A stretch of DNA of 64,000 nt from Raillietiella orientalis (lineage: Eukaryota). This document shows positions 1 to 12,292 of the stretch, piece by piece. Each line of letters opens with the position of its first letter. Within the stretch, counting starts at the first letter, position 1. The stretch is taken from NCBI GenBank assembly GCA_036172245.1, contig JAYWIR010000021.1, positions 1,798,001 to 1,862,000 on the forward strand. The letters are read 5' to 3'. The notes under the pieces were generated by a model. That model saw nothing but the letters and a program-made list of their open reading frames with translations. It searched no databases and had not been told where the DNA came from. The translations under genes were made by a program, and so were the position numbers.

Positions 1-213
1 TCGGAACTCGCGGCACGTCACGCGCCGAAAGCAGAAGTGGCAGCGACCCTTCCAGGCACGGCGCGCCGTGGAGAGGAGGCGGCGGAGAGGCAGCAGACCG
101 GAAAACGGAAGCGGCAGCAGCAGCCCGCCTCCGCGCGTCGCGGCCGCGACGCGACCCCCTCCGAGAAGGGAAACGCCCTGAGCTGCCTCCCTCGACGAAC
201 GCGGCGTGCGTGC
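1..213. repeat. Inverted duplicate of 3929-4141 (LINE ORF1-region sequence), cut off by the window edge
   Basis: 1-213 is the reverse complement of 3929-4141, with one mismatch seen (position 207). Confidence 0.95.
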
Positions 214-299
214 ACACGATCGAGCTCAGCCTCTTCGCGTCCTGCAGCGAGGAGGGTGTCCACGCCCTCTTAGAAGACAATCTCCCTTGCCGTCTAGCT

Positions 300-950
300 C
301 GAGGTCGCGATGTCTGCCCGCATCCGTCCCGGCCGAGAGAGTGTGGGAGCCAGAATGACGAGACTCCCGCTCTTGCGGCGGCTGCGCGCGCCCCTTTCGA
401 ATTCCGAGATGCGAACGAGCAGTCGCCTCGCTAAGGAGGCGAGTAGTAGTGGCGGCGGCGAGTCGTCTGAAATCTCCCGCGCCGGGAAGGGAGGCTGCTG
501 CTCCTCTCCGCTGTCGGCACCCCCTAGAACGAGGAAAGCACGTGCCGTGACGGGGTCCCGCTCGCCCGTAGGCGCTGGCCACGTCCTTCCGCGATCGACG
601 CGCACGATCCGTTACGCTCCCGACTCGCTCCATCCCTGAAAGTGCGCGCATGGCCTCACGTGCCTCGCCGGGGTCAAGTCCGCGGCGATACTAGTCTGTA
701 GGATCCGCTCGAGGATGGACGCGCAAGGCACACACACACACCCCTGCTTCTTCTTGGTCTCCTTTTCCACAGTCGGATCATGCAGACCAATTCGCGTGGC
801 GCCCTCGACAAGAGCGACGTCCGTCCCGAACTCACCAGCAGGGAGACGTCACTCCCTGAGGGAGCATCTAGCAGCAATCTACTGGCGTGGCGGAAGCTCT
901 CTTTCCTGACTCTGGAGAGGTATCGATCCGTCTGGTCCGTGGCACGGGGT
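300..950 (-). mobile_element. Heavily decayed non-LTR reverse transcriptase remnant
   Basis: Minus-strand peptides 'RLWK...SGSYRLVS' (resembles NYRPIS), 'KDVASAYGRA' (D..KAFD) and 'SRGCRQ' (G.RQG) occur in RT order across frames. The matches are weak and by eye. Confidence 0.3.
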
Positions 951-1500
951 GGTGAGGGTCCTCCAGAAGGGGGGGAGGGACGCCTCGATTTGCACACCCA
1001 GACGGGAGACCCGAAGGACTACTTTGTTCCTGAAAGGAACACGGAGGGTCAATTTTCAATCCCGGTCACCCCTCGGGGATATCCGGGGGTTTCCGGCTTC
1101 CACCAGTGCCGCACCCACTTCTTTCCTCCTCTGAAAAGAACTCCCGAATATCCCACAAGGTCGCTTCCCGGAGCAAGCAACGCGCTTCTTCACACTCTGG
1201 AGAGACAACAGAGGCAACCTACTGAGGGGGACATCAACCAGTTCCATGGGTGCCATGGAGGGTCTTCCCTGAGTAGTGGCATGGCTCCATTTTCGCAAAC
1301 CGAAGGGAATTACGAAAGGTACCTTAATTTCTGGAAGGAATCTGATGGCAACTCGCCCTGGTTGTCTCTGTAGGGACCTTCTGGAAAGGATCCACTCGTT
1401 GTTTACTCTTCTGAAGGGTGCTTCCCGGAGCCACAAGATCCTGGCAATCCCGGCCAGTCAACGGATATATTCGGAGTTTCCGGCCTCCACCAGTGCAGAG

Positions 1501-1559
1501 CTCCCTTAGGGAATGTGTCTGTCCTCCCTTAGGGAATATGTCTGCCCTCCCTTAGGGAG
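1501..1559. repeat. 23-bp tandem repeat (~2.6 copies) with a quasi-palindromic CTCCCTTAGGGA(G) core
   Basis: ctcccttagggaatgtgtctgtc / ctcccttagggaatatgtctgcc / ctcccttagggag. Confidence 0.9.
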
Positions 1560-1599
1560 CACATACACAGCAGCCTTACGGCTAAATGGGAGGTGTGGA

Positions 1600-2433
1600 A
1601 ATCTCCTGAAAGAGAAGAGGACTGGGCGAGTGGATGGCGGGCCAGCTCACCGACGCTGCGACCCCGAGTGCTCGATCTTCTGAATTTTTGCACTGGGGCG
1701 TGCTACTGGGTATTCTGGAGGAAGACCTGCAGTGGCCCCCGGTGCTCATGAACACCCGCATCCTATCCTTAAAGTGGCAGGAGTCGGCATAGATGCTGCT
1801 GCACTGGGACCTCCCGTGCAACGTCCGCCGGCATCTGTGGACACGAGTGTGTGTGGATCCAAACTGTGCAAGGTGCGAGGAGCGGGAATCCCTTCCGCAC
1901 CTCCTAGTAAACTGTGTTGCCCTCCAACCCCTTTGGGGACACTTTGCCGCGACCCTTGCAACTCCCGGTGGCAACGCCGGAAACGATTTAAAGAGCCTCC
2001 TCTTCCTGCGCGACGCCCTCACTCCGGCCGCATCCCCAGCAGCACTTTGGTGCCTAGGCGGCGGGACCGTGGCTGCATGCAGCAATGCCAGAGGAGACCA
2101 GGACGCCACCTACTTTGCTGCCCTCTTCCTTCTGACAGCGTCAACATGGCCCCATCTGGGAGTCTTGAAGCAGGAACTTGCCGGCATCCTTCCAAGGATG
2201 CAGAGGACGCCTTCCAGCTCTCTCCACTTCTCGAACCCCACTTCTCATTTTTTTGACTGTATGTTTTTTGTTGTTTGCTTTTTTTTTGTTTGTCTCCCCT
2301 CCCCCTCGGGTTGCCGAGGCGAACTCCTCTGGCCTGCGTGCCAGATCCCTGAAGGTTCCTTCTCGTAGCTGTAAGTAACGTGGAAGGATCAAACGTCCTT
2401 CCACCGACATGTATGCTTATTTTATAAATAAAC
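1600..2433 (+). mobile_element. 5'-truncated L1/Tx1-like non-LTR retrotransposon 3' end (zf-RVT Cys/His domain plus 3' UTR)
   Basis: ORF 1793-2368 'LLHWDLPCN...DPNCARCEERESLPHLLVNCVALQPLW' matches the CxxC-x-E-S-xx-H-L-xx-C C-terminal motif of L1/Tx1 ORF2. It is followed by a T-rich 3' UTR and ends in AAATAAAC at ~2426-2433. Confidence 0.75.
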
Positions 2434-3049
2434 GCCCCGGCTTGACCGGGAGCGAACCAGTGCCGCACCCGAAGGCAACAGGAGCCAACCAGCGCCATCT
2501 TGCTGGTGGAAGTTGAAAACTACAACGCACCCTCCATTTCTCTGGAGTTGATCCTCCACGTGGGGATTCGAACCTGCAGCGCTTGACGCCACTCACGGAG
2601 ACTTAACCTCACAATTAATTCAACATATTTATATTGTACATCCTCAATTCCTAAATTAGTGTTAACTTGGCTTCATTTACCTTGGAATAATTTTGCTTGA
2701 TGCTGGAACAACAAGGATGAAGAGACTAGAGAAGATGCTGGAACTATATGAGGTATAGAAAAAGATTGTTTTTTTTACTGGCTGCTGTAATTTTAGCGAT
2801 TCTATTATGAAAAGATTATAGTGGTTCTCACGAAGACATAGTGCACCTCAAAAGCGACAACAAGGAATTTAAAAGAAGGCCAGAAAATTCCATGGAGTCA
2901 ACTATATTACATAGAGAAAAGGAAGTGTATGATCATGTTCTCCAATCTGATAATGAATTCGTAAATAAAAGTCTTGCATCTTCCTAATAAAGCAGTAATG
3001 TTAGCGTATTAGTTATGGAATTAATCATTATGCTTGATGAGAATAATCG

Positions 3050-3885
3050 TTGGAATCTTGTCCGCGGGCCGCCACGCAGTCAACTCCAGGAAGAAAGCGT
3101 TAGGTGACTGGACCACGGGTTGGCTCATGGACTCCGAGTGCCCCACCGGAAGGACTCTTGCCGCAGGGCGAGCTCCTAGGAATTCCTCGGAAAGATTACG
3201 AGTGACCTACGGTGCTGCGGAGCAGCCTCGTCCTCCCTCCCAAGTGGGGCGGTGTGCGCTTCTGCTGTTGCACTGGGACCTCCCGAGCAACTTCCGTCCC
3301 CAAATCACTGGATCCGGGGTAGGGGAAGGGGGGAGAGCGCGCCCGAACTGCAGCAGGCGCGGAGGACGAGAATCCCTCTCGCACCTGTTCGTGGACTGCG
3401 TTGCCCTCCAGCACTCGTGGAAATGCTTTGCGACGACCCTATGGGACCCTCGACGGCAACCCTAGAGACTCCCCTTCGTGCGCCGCATCCCCAGCAACTC
3501 CCCCTCGGGATTGTGGCTGCCCGGTGCGCCGTAAAGAAAGGCGAAAGCGACAGGGACGTCATTCACTTTGCGGTCCGCTTCCTGACGATGGCAACGAGAT
3601 GGCCCCATCTGGAAAATATGCCGCAGGAACTTGCCGGCATCATGGAAAGGATGCAGAGGAGACCTTCCGGTGGACTGTGATCTTTTTCCGGCTCTCCACT
3701 GTGCTCTTATATTTATTTTCATTTTATGTAATTTTGTTTTTCTTTTTGTTTGCCCCCCTCTCCGCCGCCGCCGAGGTGAAGCGCGCTGATCCGGGCGCCG
3801 GCCTCGCCGCAGGCGCCGTCCTTAACGAATATGCAGGACCGAGTGTCCTTCCACCACCCCTGTACGGTTATCCTTGCTGATGAAC
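3050..3885 (+). mobile_element. Second, diverged L1/Tx1-like 3' end (frameshifted zf-RVT)
   Basis: 'LLLHWDLPSN...PNCSRRGGRESLSHLFVDCVALQHSW' and 'WPHLENMPQELAGIMERMQRRPS' are colinear with 1793-2220. The 3' UTR is also homologous (GTCCTTCCACC shared). Confidence 0.7.
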
Positions 3886-5300
3886 GCGCTCCCGTGCACC
3901 CGGGTAGAAACGCTTGAAGTCGTTGCGCGCACGCGCGCCGCGTTCGTCGAGGGAGGCAGCTCAGGGCGTTTCCCTTCTCGGAGGGGGTCGCGTCGCGGCC
4001 GCGACGCGCGGAGGCGGGCTGCTGCTGCCGCTTCCGTTTTCCGGTCTGCTGCCTCTCCGCCGCCTCCTCTCCACGGCGCGCCGTGCCTGGAAGGGTCGCT
4101 GCCACTTCTGCTTTCGGCGCGTGACGTGCCGCGAGTTCCGAGAAGCGCAAGCCTGAGAAGCCAAGCCTGAGACGTCCTGCGTCCTCCGGAGCTCCGTCTT
4201 GCTCGTCCGTTGGGCCACTCGCAGCGCTTGCCGGGGCACCGAAAATCTCCGACACGACGACAGTGCCGAGGACCACCGCGGCGGAAGCACCTCGCGCGTC
4301 TCCGATGGGAATTACTGATGCACCCACCCGTAGTTGTAGTAGCCCTTTTTGCCGAGGGGTCTCAGCGTCTCTCCTCCCGAACGCGCGGAGACCCCCTTCG
4401 GCCCTTTCCCACTCCTCGGAAAATGGCAGCGCGAGCTGCTTGCGCCGCCGGTTGTCAGTGGCGACTGCCTTTGCCTGGGGACAAGCATCCTGTAGGTCGC
4501 TGGTCTGGCTACGTCGGTGGCATAGGATGCGTAGGCAGACCTTTTTTCGCGAGGACTCGCTTCCCTCGCTGCTCGCACCTCTCTTCCAGCTCCAAGTACC
4601 ACAGACGGACAGCGTGGACGGCGACCACGCGCAAGACGCAGGAAGGCTGAGCTCGATCGCGCGTGGCTCCTCCACGATGGATCTCGGCACGCGACTCACG
4701 ATCCAGTTCCTCCTGGACCACAGCACATGTGCGGTCTTGGACCACGAGCGAGAGATCCGCCACGGCGGGGAAGATCTTGCCTGGCTGGCCCCACGCTCAC
4801 GAGGGGGACAAAGTCTTCCTCCCGAACGCTTGCTTTCCAGAGTTGTCAGGTGCCTCCCCCCTGCCCGGCAGAGAGCGGCGGGGGAGGGGGAGGACTGTAG
4901 ACGTCGGCGACGTGAAGCGCGTAGCACGACCTCGGAGGAGCGCGGCTTACGAGCGTCGGCGTCGACTCCACGCTGCTCCGTCTTGTCCCGGCGCTAGACG
5001 GCGCTCTGCTCGTCTCTTGGGCCGATTGGCTCTCGTTCGGTACGGGGGGTTGCGGCTTGTTTCCTGGCGTCATCGCAGATCCGCAGATGTCCCCGCGGGA
5101 GGTGTTGCGCCGTCGAGGCTGCATCCAGCTCCTGCCCGGGTGTGCCCCGAGCCGTTTTACTGCACCGCAAAGAAACGCAAGCGCGCTGTCCATCTTGAGC
5201 ATCCAACAGCCACTGCGACGAAACTGTGCAGAGCTGCGGAGTCTTTGAGCGGGCAGCTCAAGATCCCGAACCGCGGTAATGGGGTGGAACTTAAGAGTTA
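3886..5300 (-). mobile_element. Decayed LINE ORF1 (gag-like) region
   Basis: 402-codon GC-rich ORF 3719-4927(-) with an eroded zinc-knuckle-like 'CLRILCHRRSQT...DACP' followed by a low-complexity basic tail. Part of it is duplicated at 1-213. Confidence 0.4.
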
Positions 5301-5799
5301 GCAAACGAAGACATGTGCACTGACCATGAAGGCAAGGACAAGGGTCACGCTTGCTCGAGAAAAAGGGTACAGGAAACAGGCGGAGAACGTTCGGCTGAGG
5401 GAACCTAAAAATCTTCCCTGAGCTGCTGGAACGCCAAGATATCCCCTCCCCTGCCTTGCTGCTCTACCTTTCCTCAATTGGGCGCGATCACCTACCAACA
5501 TCTTTTTCGGCGGTCGCCAGCTGCGCGCGGCGCCGATTCGGTGTTAAATCAGGCGAGGGAAACAGTCTGAGTCCTTGCTGCCTAGCCCACGTTGGTGCTG
5601 GAAGCGAACAGGAAGTTTATGCAGACCCTGACGGCGACCACAGACGGCGTGCATGCACGCCGGCTGTGGAGGCCCGCAAGGACGATGACCCGCTTCATCC
5701 TGTTCTCCAGGTGCACCCGGTGCGGATGCCCGAAGAACGCCCCTAGCTGATCTCTCGAGAGGGAGCCGCGTGCCTTGAGGAAAAGTCGGTAGTCATTCC

Positions 5800-7680
5800 C
5801 GTGGGAGCTTCGGTCAGGAGCAGCCGGAACGCATCCACTTTGGGATCGCTATGGGGGACGCCCTGAAGCAGCTCGTTGTGCTTGCGGGAAACTTCGGTGC
5901 GGCAGAAATGACTGCCCTCGAAAGGCAGAGTGCGCTCGACTCGTTCGTGGATGCAAGTTTGTTTCTCTCGAGGGAGCCGTGGTGGGAAACGCTTCTGTTA
6001 CCCCGCCTCCTGCTTCCACCCACCACCCACCCTTTGCTTCTACCCTTCCTGCATCATACGCGATGCAGAAAAAAGCCAGAGGCCTGCTTCGGGAAGCCGC
6101 GTGCGCTTCCGAAGGTATCATCAGCGAACCAACATCATGGGGACTCGAATTGGGATTCCGAACTGGGAGCCCTGGCGCTGGGGTCGACTGGGACTCGGTC
6201 GGATGCGAAGACTTGCTTAGTGGAGCGGGGTCGATCGAACGCTGGGTTCCTCTAGAGCGCCGCACCCTCAGGTGTAGATTTTCCAGAGATTGACGCCCTT
6301 GCTCCCGCACAACCGCCTCAAGATCGGTGACCCTTCGGCTTTCCGCTGCGACAGATGGGTTTCGCTTCTGGCAGACGATCGTTGCATTGAATACGGGATC
6401 ACGGACGGCAACGAGCGGCCTCGGGAAGCGGTGGGCATCTGGTCACCGATGTTCGCGAGAACTCGAGCCGTCCGCCGCCGTGGCGAAGTTCTCCTCGAAG
6501 AGGTGATGAGAGAAGTGGGTTCACACAGAGCCGCAGTGCTACGGGAAAGCGTCGGCAGTTGCCGCCGATGGGATGGACCATCTCTTTTCTTTTGTTTCTC
6601 TGGCAACGTGTACGCAGAAATTCCGAGTGCACTGAACCTGCACGGAACGCCTGCGACGGGAAAGTGTTCTGCAGCTCACAAGCTCTTACACTTTACTCTG
6701 TGAGGATCCCTGATCTCCTCGCTGCTGGTTCATGCGATGGGATATCCGACGGTTCCGCTGTCTACCATGGAGACGGTGGATGTTACTGCTGGCTGTTCCT
6801 TTCGCGAGGATTCCGGTTCGCCTCCGTGCTCGTTTCGGTTCCTTCGATCCTTTGTTACTGTCCGAGCGATCATGGGACAATGTCCCGTTTCGAGCTGGGA
6901 GCTCGTTCGGAAGAGGAGTGCGAAGCCAAATGCTCCGCTTCCTTTTCCCGGAGTCTCCTGGGACTGCTGTTCCAGGGGTCTTCGGATACCTCCTGCTCTT
7001 TAGGAGCCGCTCTCGAATGTGCACGCTGCGTCGAGCGCAGAGACCCGCTCGCCTCCTTGCAGCACCACATGCCGCGCCATCATTTCTGCACCTCCTTCCT
7101 GAGGGTTTTGGAGAGGACATCAAGAGCGGCATCACCCTCCCCGGACACGTGGACGTGCGCCCCCTTGAGGAGACCAGGGCCCAACATCAGTCCAGGGCTG
7201 CTTTCCGGATAGATGATGTAGGCGAGGATCGCTGAGACCCGGCCGAGGTACGCGGCGGCCTCGTGGATAACTTCCACAGCTCCTCCATCTATGCGAAGGC
7301 GGCACCCGTGGAGAGCTACCTTTTCCGGCGACTGCCTTCCCAAAGAAAGTTCTCGAGACGGAGAAGTAGGAGAGTGATATCCTCACTGAAAGACGTGCTC
7401 TCCCCCTTCGAAGAGCGCTCTCGAGAACTGCGAAGCAGCAAGAGAGGACGTGGAGTACGGAACAGTCCAGCAATGCGCCCCAGGGACGCTGGACTTCGAG
7501 GTGTCGCGGATCCCTCGGAGGGCGAGTTTAGCCAAGCGGCGGCGAATGAAGTAGTCACTGGGGTAGCTTGGACTCTTCAGGCAGACGCAGGCGATCGGTG
7601 CTTCCGGTGCCAAACCTTCTTGTTCGGTGGATTGCAAGGAGCGCACTCAGGGTCGAGTCTCCACAGTGACCCCGGCCAGA
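5800..7680 (+). mobile_element. Decayed LINE ORF2 endonuclease/linker remnant
   Basis: Fragments 'LSNVHAASSAETR' (resembles NVYAP...R), 'HVDVRPL...AAFRID' (D.W...SRID) and 'RRVISSLKD' in the expected order, with many frameshifts. Confidence 0.3.
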
Positions 7681-10600
7681 TTTAAAATTTTAGAACACCA
7701 GATGTTCCCTTCGGTTCTGCTGCTACTTGGGATCGAAATCTTGAAATTGAGGTTCATTTTCTTGAGGTAGATTCTTCCGCCTGGGAAATTTCAAACACCA
7801 AGACGAGGAGTGGAACGCCCTGATCTCGCTCTTCTCGTGGATCCCCCAACTTTTGCTTACTTTCTTGTTTTAAGTAAAGCAAGCCAGCATGCCTGCACGA
7901 GAAGATTCGAAAACAGTGGATCGCGCATGACTGACTTGGAGATGCCTCCTCTCTTGGATCTACAACATTTTTGGAAACATGAAACCAGGCTGCTCAGGAG
8001 CAGCACCCATCCTTCGAGAGAAGATTCCGAGCTTACTTTTCATTATGCGAAGCAACAGGGCTACACCAGGGAACCTCATAGTGAAGGACTTGATTACAAC
8101 GCCAAAAAAAAAGCCTCCAGAGCCCCACAAAAAGAAGCACGTAGCATGGCTGGAATGGCGTGCTCTTTGGGTGGCATGCCGCCCGAGGAGACTGCAGACA
8201 CCATATGGCTGTCTAGATGCTCTGTGATGAAGTGGAAGAGTGACCGAGGGTGCCTTAAAAAAAAAAAAAAAAAAAACGCTTCCGATACGATATGAGATGA
8301 AGTGTTTTAGATAACGTCCCAATAATAATTTTCAAAATTTGACCTCATAACCGGTGTATACGTACATAAGTACAAAAAATGTCCTATTCTGGTCATATAT
8401 TGTTCACCACTTAACCCACTGAAGACATCAGTCCACTGGTATCGATGTTTTGAACTGGTTTGCTGTATGATGAGCACTTTATTTTGAGCTGCTTGACATG
8501 AACTTACAAAAGCCAGTAAGCGATGGATAACGGTTTGGAGGAATGCTGTAGTTTTCGATTTAAAATTGTTTTTGTTTCTATCATACTAATTTCCACGATT
8601 ATCAGTATTATTTCCAAAATTTCGAAGATCGATGGACCAATTAATGGAATCGTACGAGCCTATTGTAATCATTTAGGCAAGCACTGTAGGCAAGCCTATT
8701 ATGTTGATTCCGAAGTCAAGAGGATTCTAAATTCCGTGGAGCTGTTTGAGTCTTTCTTGTACACACCTATGACGAAAGTATGCGAAAGTCGAGAACAAAC
8801 TGCTTACTTTAATCGATGATTACCGTTACCACATTAGGAGCAAACGCTGCAGACACCTTTATGTGGCACTTTTCCAGAAAACTTACACAGTACTTTTTAC
8901 GTGCTAGCCTATTTTTGTTCGTATCTGTGTGAACATTTTTAGAAACATGAGAATATGAGACATGGCCTTTTTACATTTCAGCATAGCTGGGTGCTTATTA
9001 AAGTTTCAGGCTTGTGTATGCTCCGGAAAATAAGTTGATTTCGCATCATGCAACAGTTTAGTGAGTGCAAAGCATCCTCCTGCTAGAAAGACTTGTGTTA
9101 AACATCAGTTCCCTTGCAACTCTTGCAACCCTACAGATTTTTGAATGCTTTTAAAAGGACTGCGATCTGTAGCAAGTCCTACTCAAAGGAAGAGAGCCAT
9201 AGGAGGAAAATCTTTCGAATGTGAACAGATGTCATATGCACACGATAAACAGATGATATGCACATGATGAACAGATGTCATGTGCACATGTGTTCAGAAA
9301 CTAGTAACTGAATTAGTCCTTGGTGACCACTTCACTGATACTGCATTGGCATCATTTGGAAGATGAAAATAGGTGGCAAAACCTATTTGCCAGACAAAAA
9401 AAAGTTTAGTTTCTGGCTAGTGAAATCGATGTCTGGAAGTTATCCGGAAGCCAACTGATTCTGACTGAATATTGTGATACAATTCGACAGATCGGATACA
9501 TTGGAGAAATCTTTGGTCAACTTGGAGCAGGCAGTAGAAATTGTAAGATGACTAATGATTCATTTATAAATAGACTTACTTAAGCATAAAGTTATTCCAT
9601 ACGGTAGGAATGACAGTACTTTTAATGGAAAGAATTCACTTAAGTGTGATTAAGGACCTGGATTATTCATTTCATTCCTGACTTATTGCCTGCTGAACAA
9701 TTCGTACATTGCAAACCAGAGCAGATAATGAAGTACTCCAAAATTCTGAAACAAGCATGGTAAGGAAGTAACTTGGACTTTTAATTAATCAATAAACCAA
9801 TTCATGTATCCACTATGGTGTTATTTAATTATATTAAGCTAACATGGTAACTTGATGTTATGTGCAATTTAAAAATCTATGAAAATCCTGCGGCCATTTT
9901 TATTTTTGCATCATTACTTGTTTAACATTTATTGAGCAAGAATATAATTTCTTTGCTTTCCTTGCTTCTTTTTTCTTTTCCTTTTTTTGCATGCTTGAAC
10001 GTTACATTCGAGTGAGCCCCTGACAAATTTCGTCGGATAAATTTGCCATGTTCTATTATAGACATCCATAATGTAATTTAAATTCCAATGTAGCGAGTTT
10101 ACAATTTGTCTAAACGATAAAAAATGAATGCCATGCTTCATGATAGAAAACAGAAAACAAGAAAATACATAGTAGAGCCCCCATAGTAAGCATTACTGTT
10201 TTATTGTTTTCCATTTTCAATATGCACATCACTTGGGAATGGAACATTGGAAACACGTACTCTATTTTAGATTGAAGCCTTAGCACTAAAGTATGCCTCA
10301 TATACCACATTGCAATCAGTTTTTCAACAGTTCATTTTAGAATCATAAGACTATTAGTCGTTTCTATTCCTTGAGGAACCTGGCAACGAATCCGTGGATT
10401 TGTACCCTTACAGCTTTCCCAGCTGCTCTTCATACCTCAAAATATTTGCACACTCAAGAAAAATGCTGTGGATGCTGAATGTTGAGAATACTTTTCGAAC
10501 CTTGATGTGAATGGTGTGGATGTTTGCAAGGGTAAAAATGCGTAAATTCCAAAAGTCTCCTTTAGTTTGCAAGAGGTATACTTAATGCAAACTAAGCAAG

Positions 10601-12292
10601 GTTTTGATACTTGGACCTCTTCCTCATGCTAACGATGTTTTGCATGTTTTCCATTACATGTGAGCTTACCTTTACCCTTTCTAGATCTAATAAATTAAAG
10701 TAATATGGACCATTTGCCGCGACGGTAGAAATAATCCAACTGTTCGGTAAATTTGCTGTTAATTTACGTCTCTATTAATTGAAAAAAAAAAAGGGGCCTT
10801 AGGGAAAATTTTGTAGAGGAAAAAGCATCCAATACAGTAAAAAAAAAAAAAAAAAAAAAAAATTTTGCTGAATTTTCTGGAATTTTAAAAGCATTTAAAT
10901 TTGCAGAACTCTTGCAGAAACGTACATCTCTGTAAGTTAAGCTGACCGCCAAATGAATTGTGGTAACACTTTCATACATTATCACTTCCAAAATAATCGC
11001 TATCACAGATATCTTTATTCCCCTATTTGCATCGGATTTCTAATTATGACGGTTACTTTAATTATTTATGAACAAACACGGGAATACGACCATTTATCAT
11101 TTTATTTTGGAGTATATTGCACTGTCAATTTGTACAGGGGAATCTTTCATCATGACAATGTTTATCAATCTTCGCCCATGTAACTCTAAGGTTCTTGATC
11201 TATCTGAATTCGCGTAATTAGAAATGTTTAAATAAACATGAAATAACTGAAAACGTTTGCCATGTTGTAATTTTGTAGAATTTGTGATTATACTACAGGA
11301 AGTCGGATTTCAGATAAGATGAAATTCAAACATATTTTGTTTTATTGTTAGTATGGCACTGATTTTTACCTTAAATTTGCTCATACACAAATAACATGTT
11401 CTTTTTTTCCTAAGTTGTTCATGCATATTACGAGATTCTCTGCAACAGCATTTTTAAACAAGCGGAAGTTCAAAAAGGTTTTCAGTTAGCATGATAGCAA
11501 GCTTTATCACTACCCACACTTTCACAGTTCAAAGAATAAGAACTGGAAATTATCATCAATCTGGACAATATCTTCAAAACACGAATCTTGAACCACGAAG
11601 AAAAAATGATTATGATAAATAACAGCTTTTTATGGTTTAAGAATCACCTTTGCATCTGATATCCAAATTGCAGTACAGCTTAATAGATTTCATGGGAATT
11701 TACTGGCAAGCTACCTGTAAGCAAAACTGTATCTAGAGTCCTGCTGCTTTTGGTGACGACAAAATTGTAGCAATGTTTATCTGGCTATTAACATTCTAAC
11801 ATAGTAATAATATGGAGTTTGAATACTCAGCATAAATTAAATTCAACCCTAATTTACAGATACCCATTAAAGGTATTAGTTCTTTATTTCTGTTTGTTCA
11901 TTTAACTACAGTGCTTTTCAAATCACCAAATGAGTTACCGCTTTTTGCTGTAGGTGTTTGTCTTATTTGCACATGCTTTTGATTAAGTGCTGTTCTCTTA
12001 TGTTGCATGATTTCAAAACTTTTCCTCTTTACTCATCTACATCTTACAGTAGATTAAACAGAGTGCTCCACTGAGTCATAGATTCTTCAAGATTTTCCTT
12101 TCACAAACCAAATGAAATCCTTCTGAAAGATACTGGAACAAAAAGAAACAAAAGGGGGAAACATGTGCACCTGCTCCAAATTCCATTCTTGGTATATGTA
12201 GAAGAAATCAGAGAAACTTCCTAGCATTAAACACACAACAATGAGTTCTGCAAGTTCACTGACTTCCATACCAAAGGTACTGAATTTATTGT

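Larger units (their letters stand above)
960..2612 (-). mobile_element. Copy of the tRNA-headed GC-rich repeat (SINE-like or LINE 5' UTR), interrupted by a LINE 3' end at ~1600-2433
   Basis: The minus strand from ~2610 reads GAGGTTAAG...GGTTCGAATCCC (A-box and B-box-like), then CAAGATGGCGCTGGTTGGC. The same motifs occur at ~39165-39185 (+) and ~57776-57886 (-). Body motifs ACCAGTGCCGCACCC and CCTCTGAARAGAAC are shared with the 57.2-57.9 kb copy. Confidence 0.55.

Noticed and set aside
2560..2612. Functional tRNA gene at the B-box (also 57840-57886)
   Set aside because: I could not fold an acceptor stem or a full cloverleaf, so it is treated as a tRNA-derived repeat head.
2700..2987. AT-rich island with a ~58-codon open frame (DYSGSHED...SLASS*) between LINE ends
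   Set aside because: It has no recognisable homology and the splice phases do not join cleanly. It could be a host terminal exon, but this is unsupported.
7810..8295. 161-aa ORF at the GC/AT boundary
   Set aside because: It has no recognisable motif, runs through poly-A tracts and is probably spurious.
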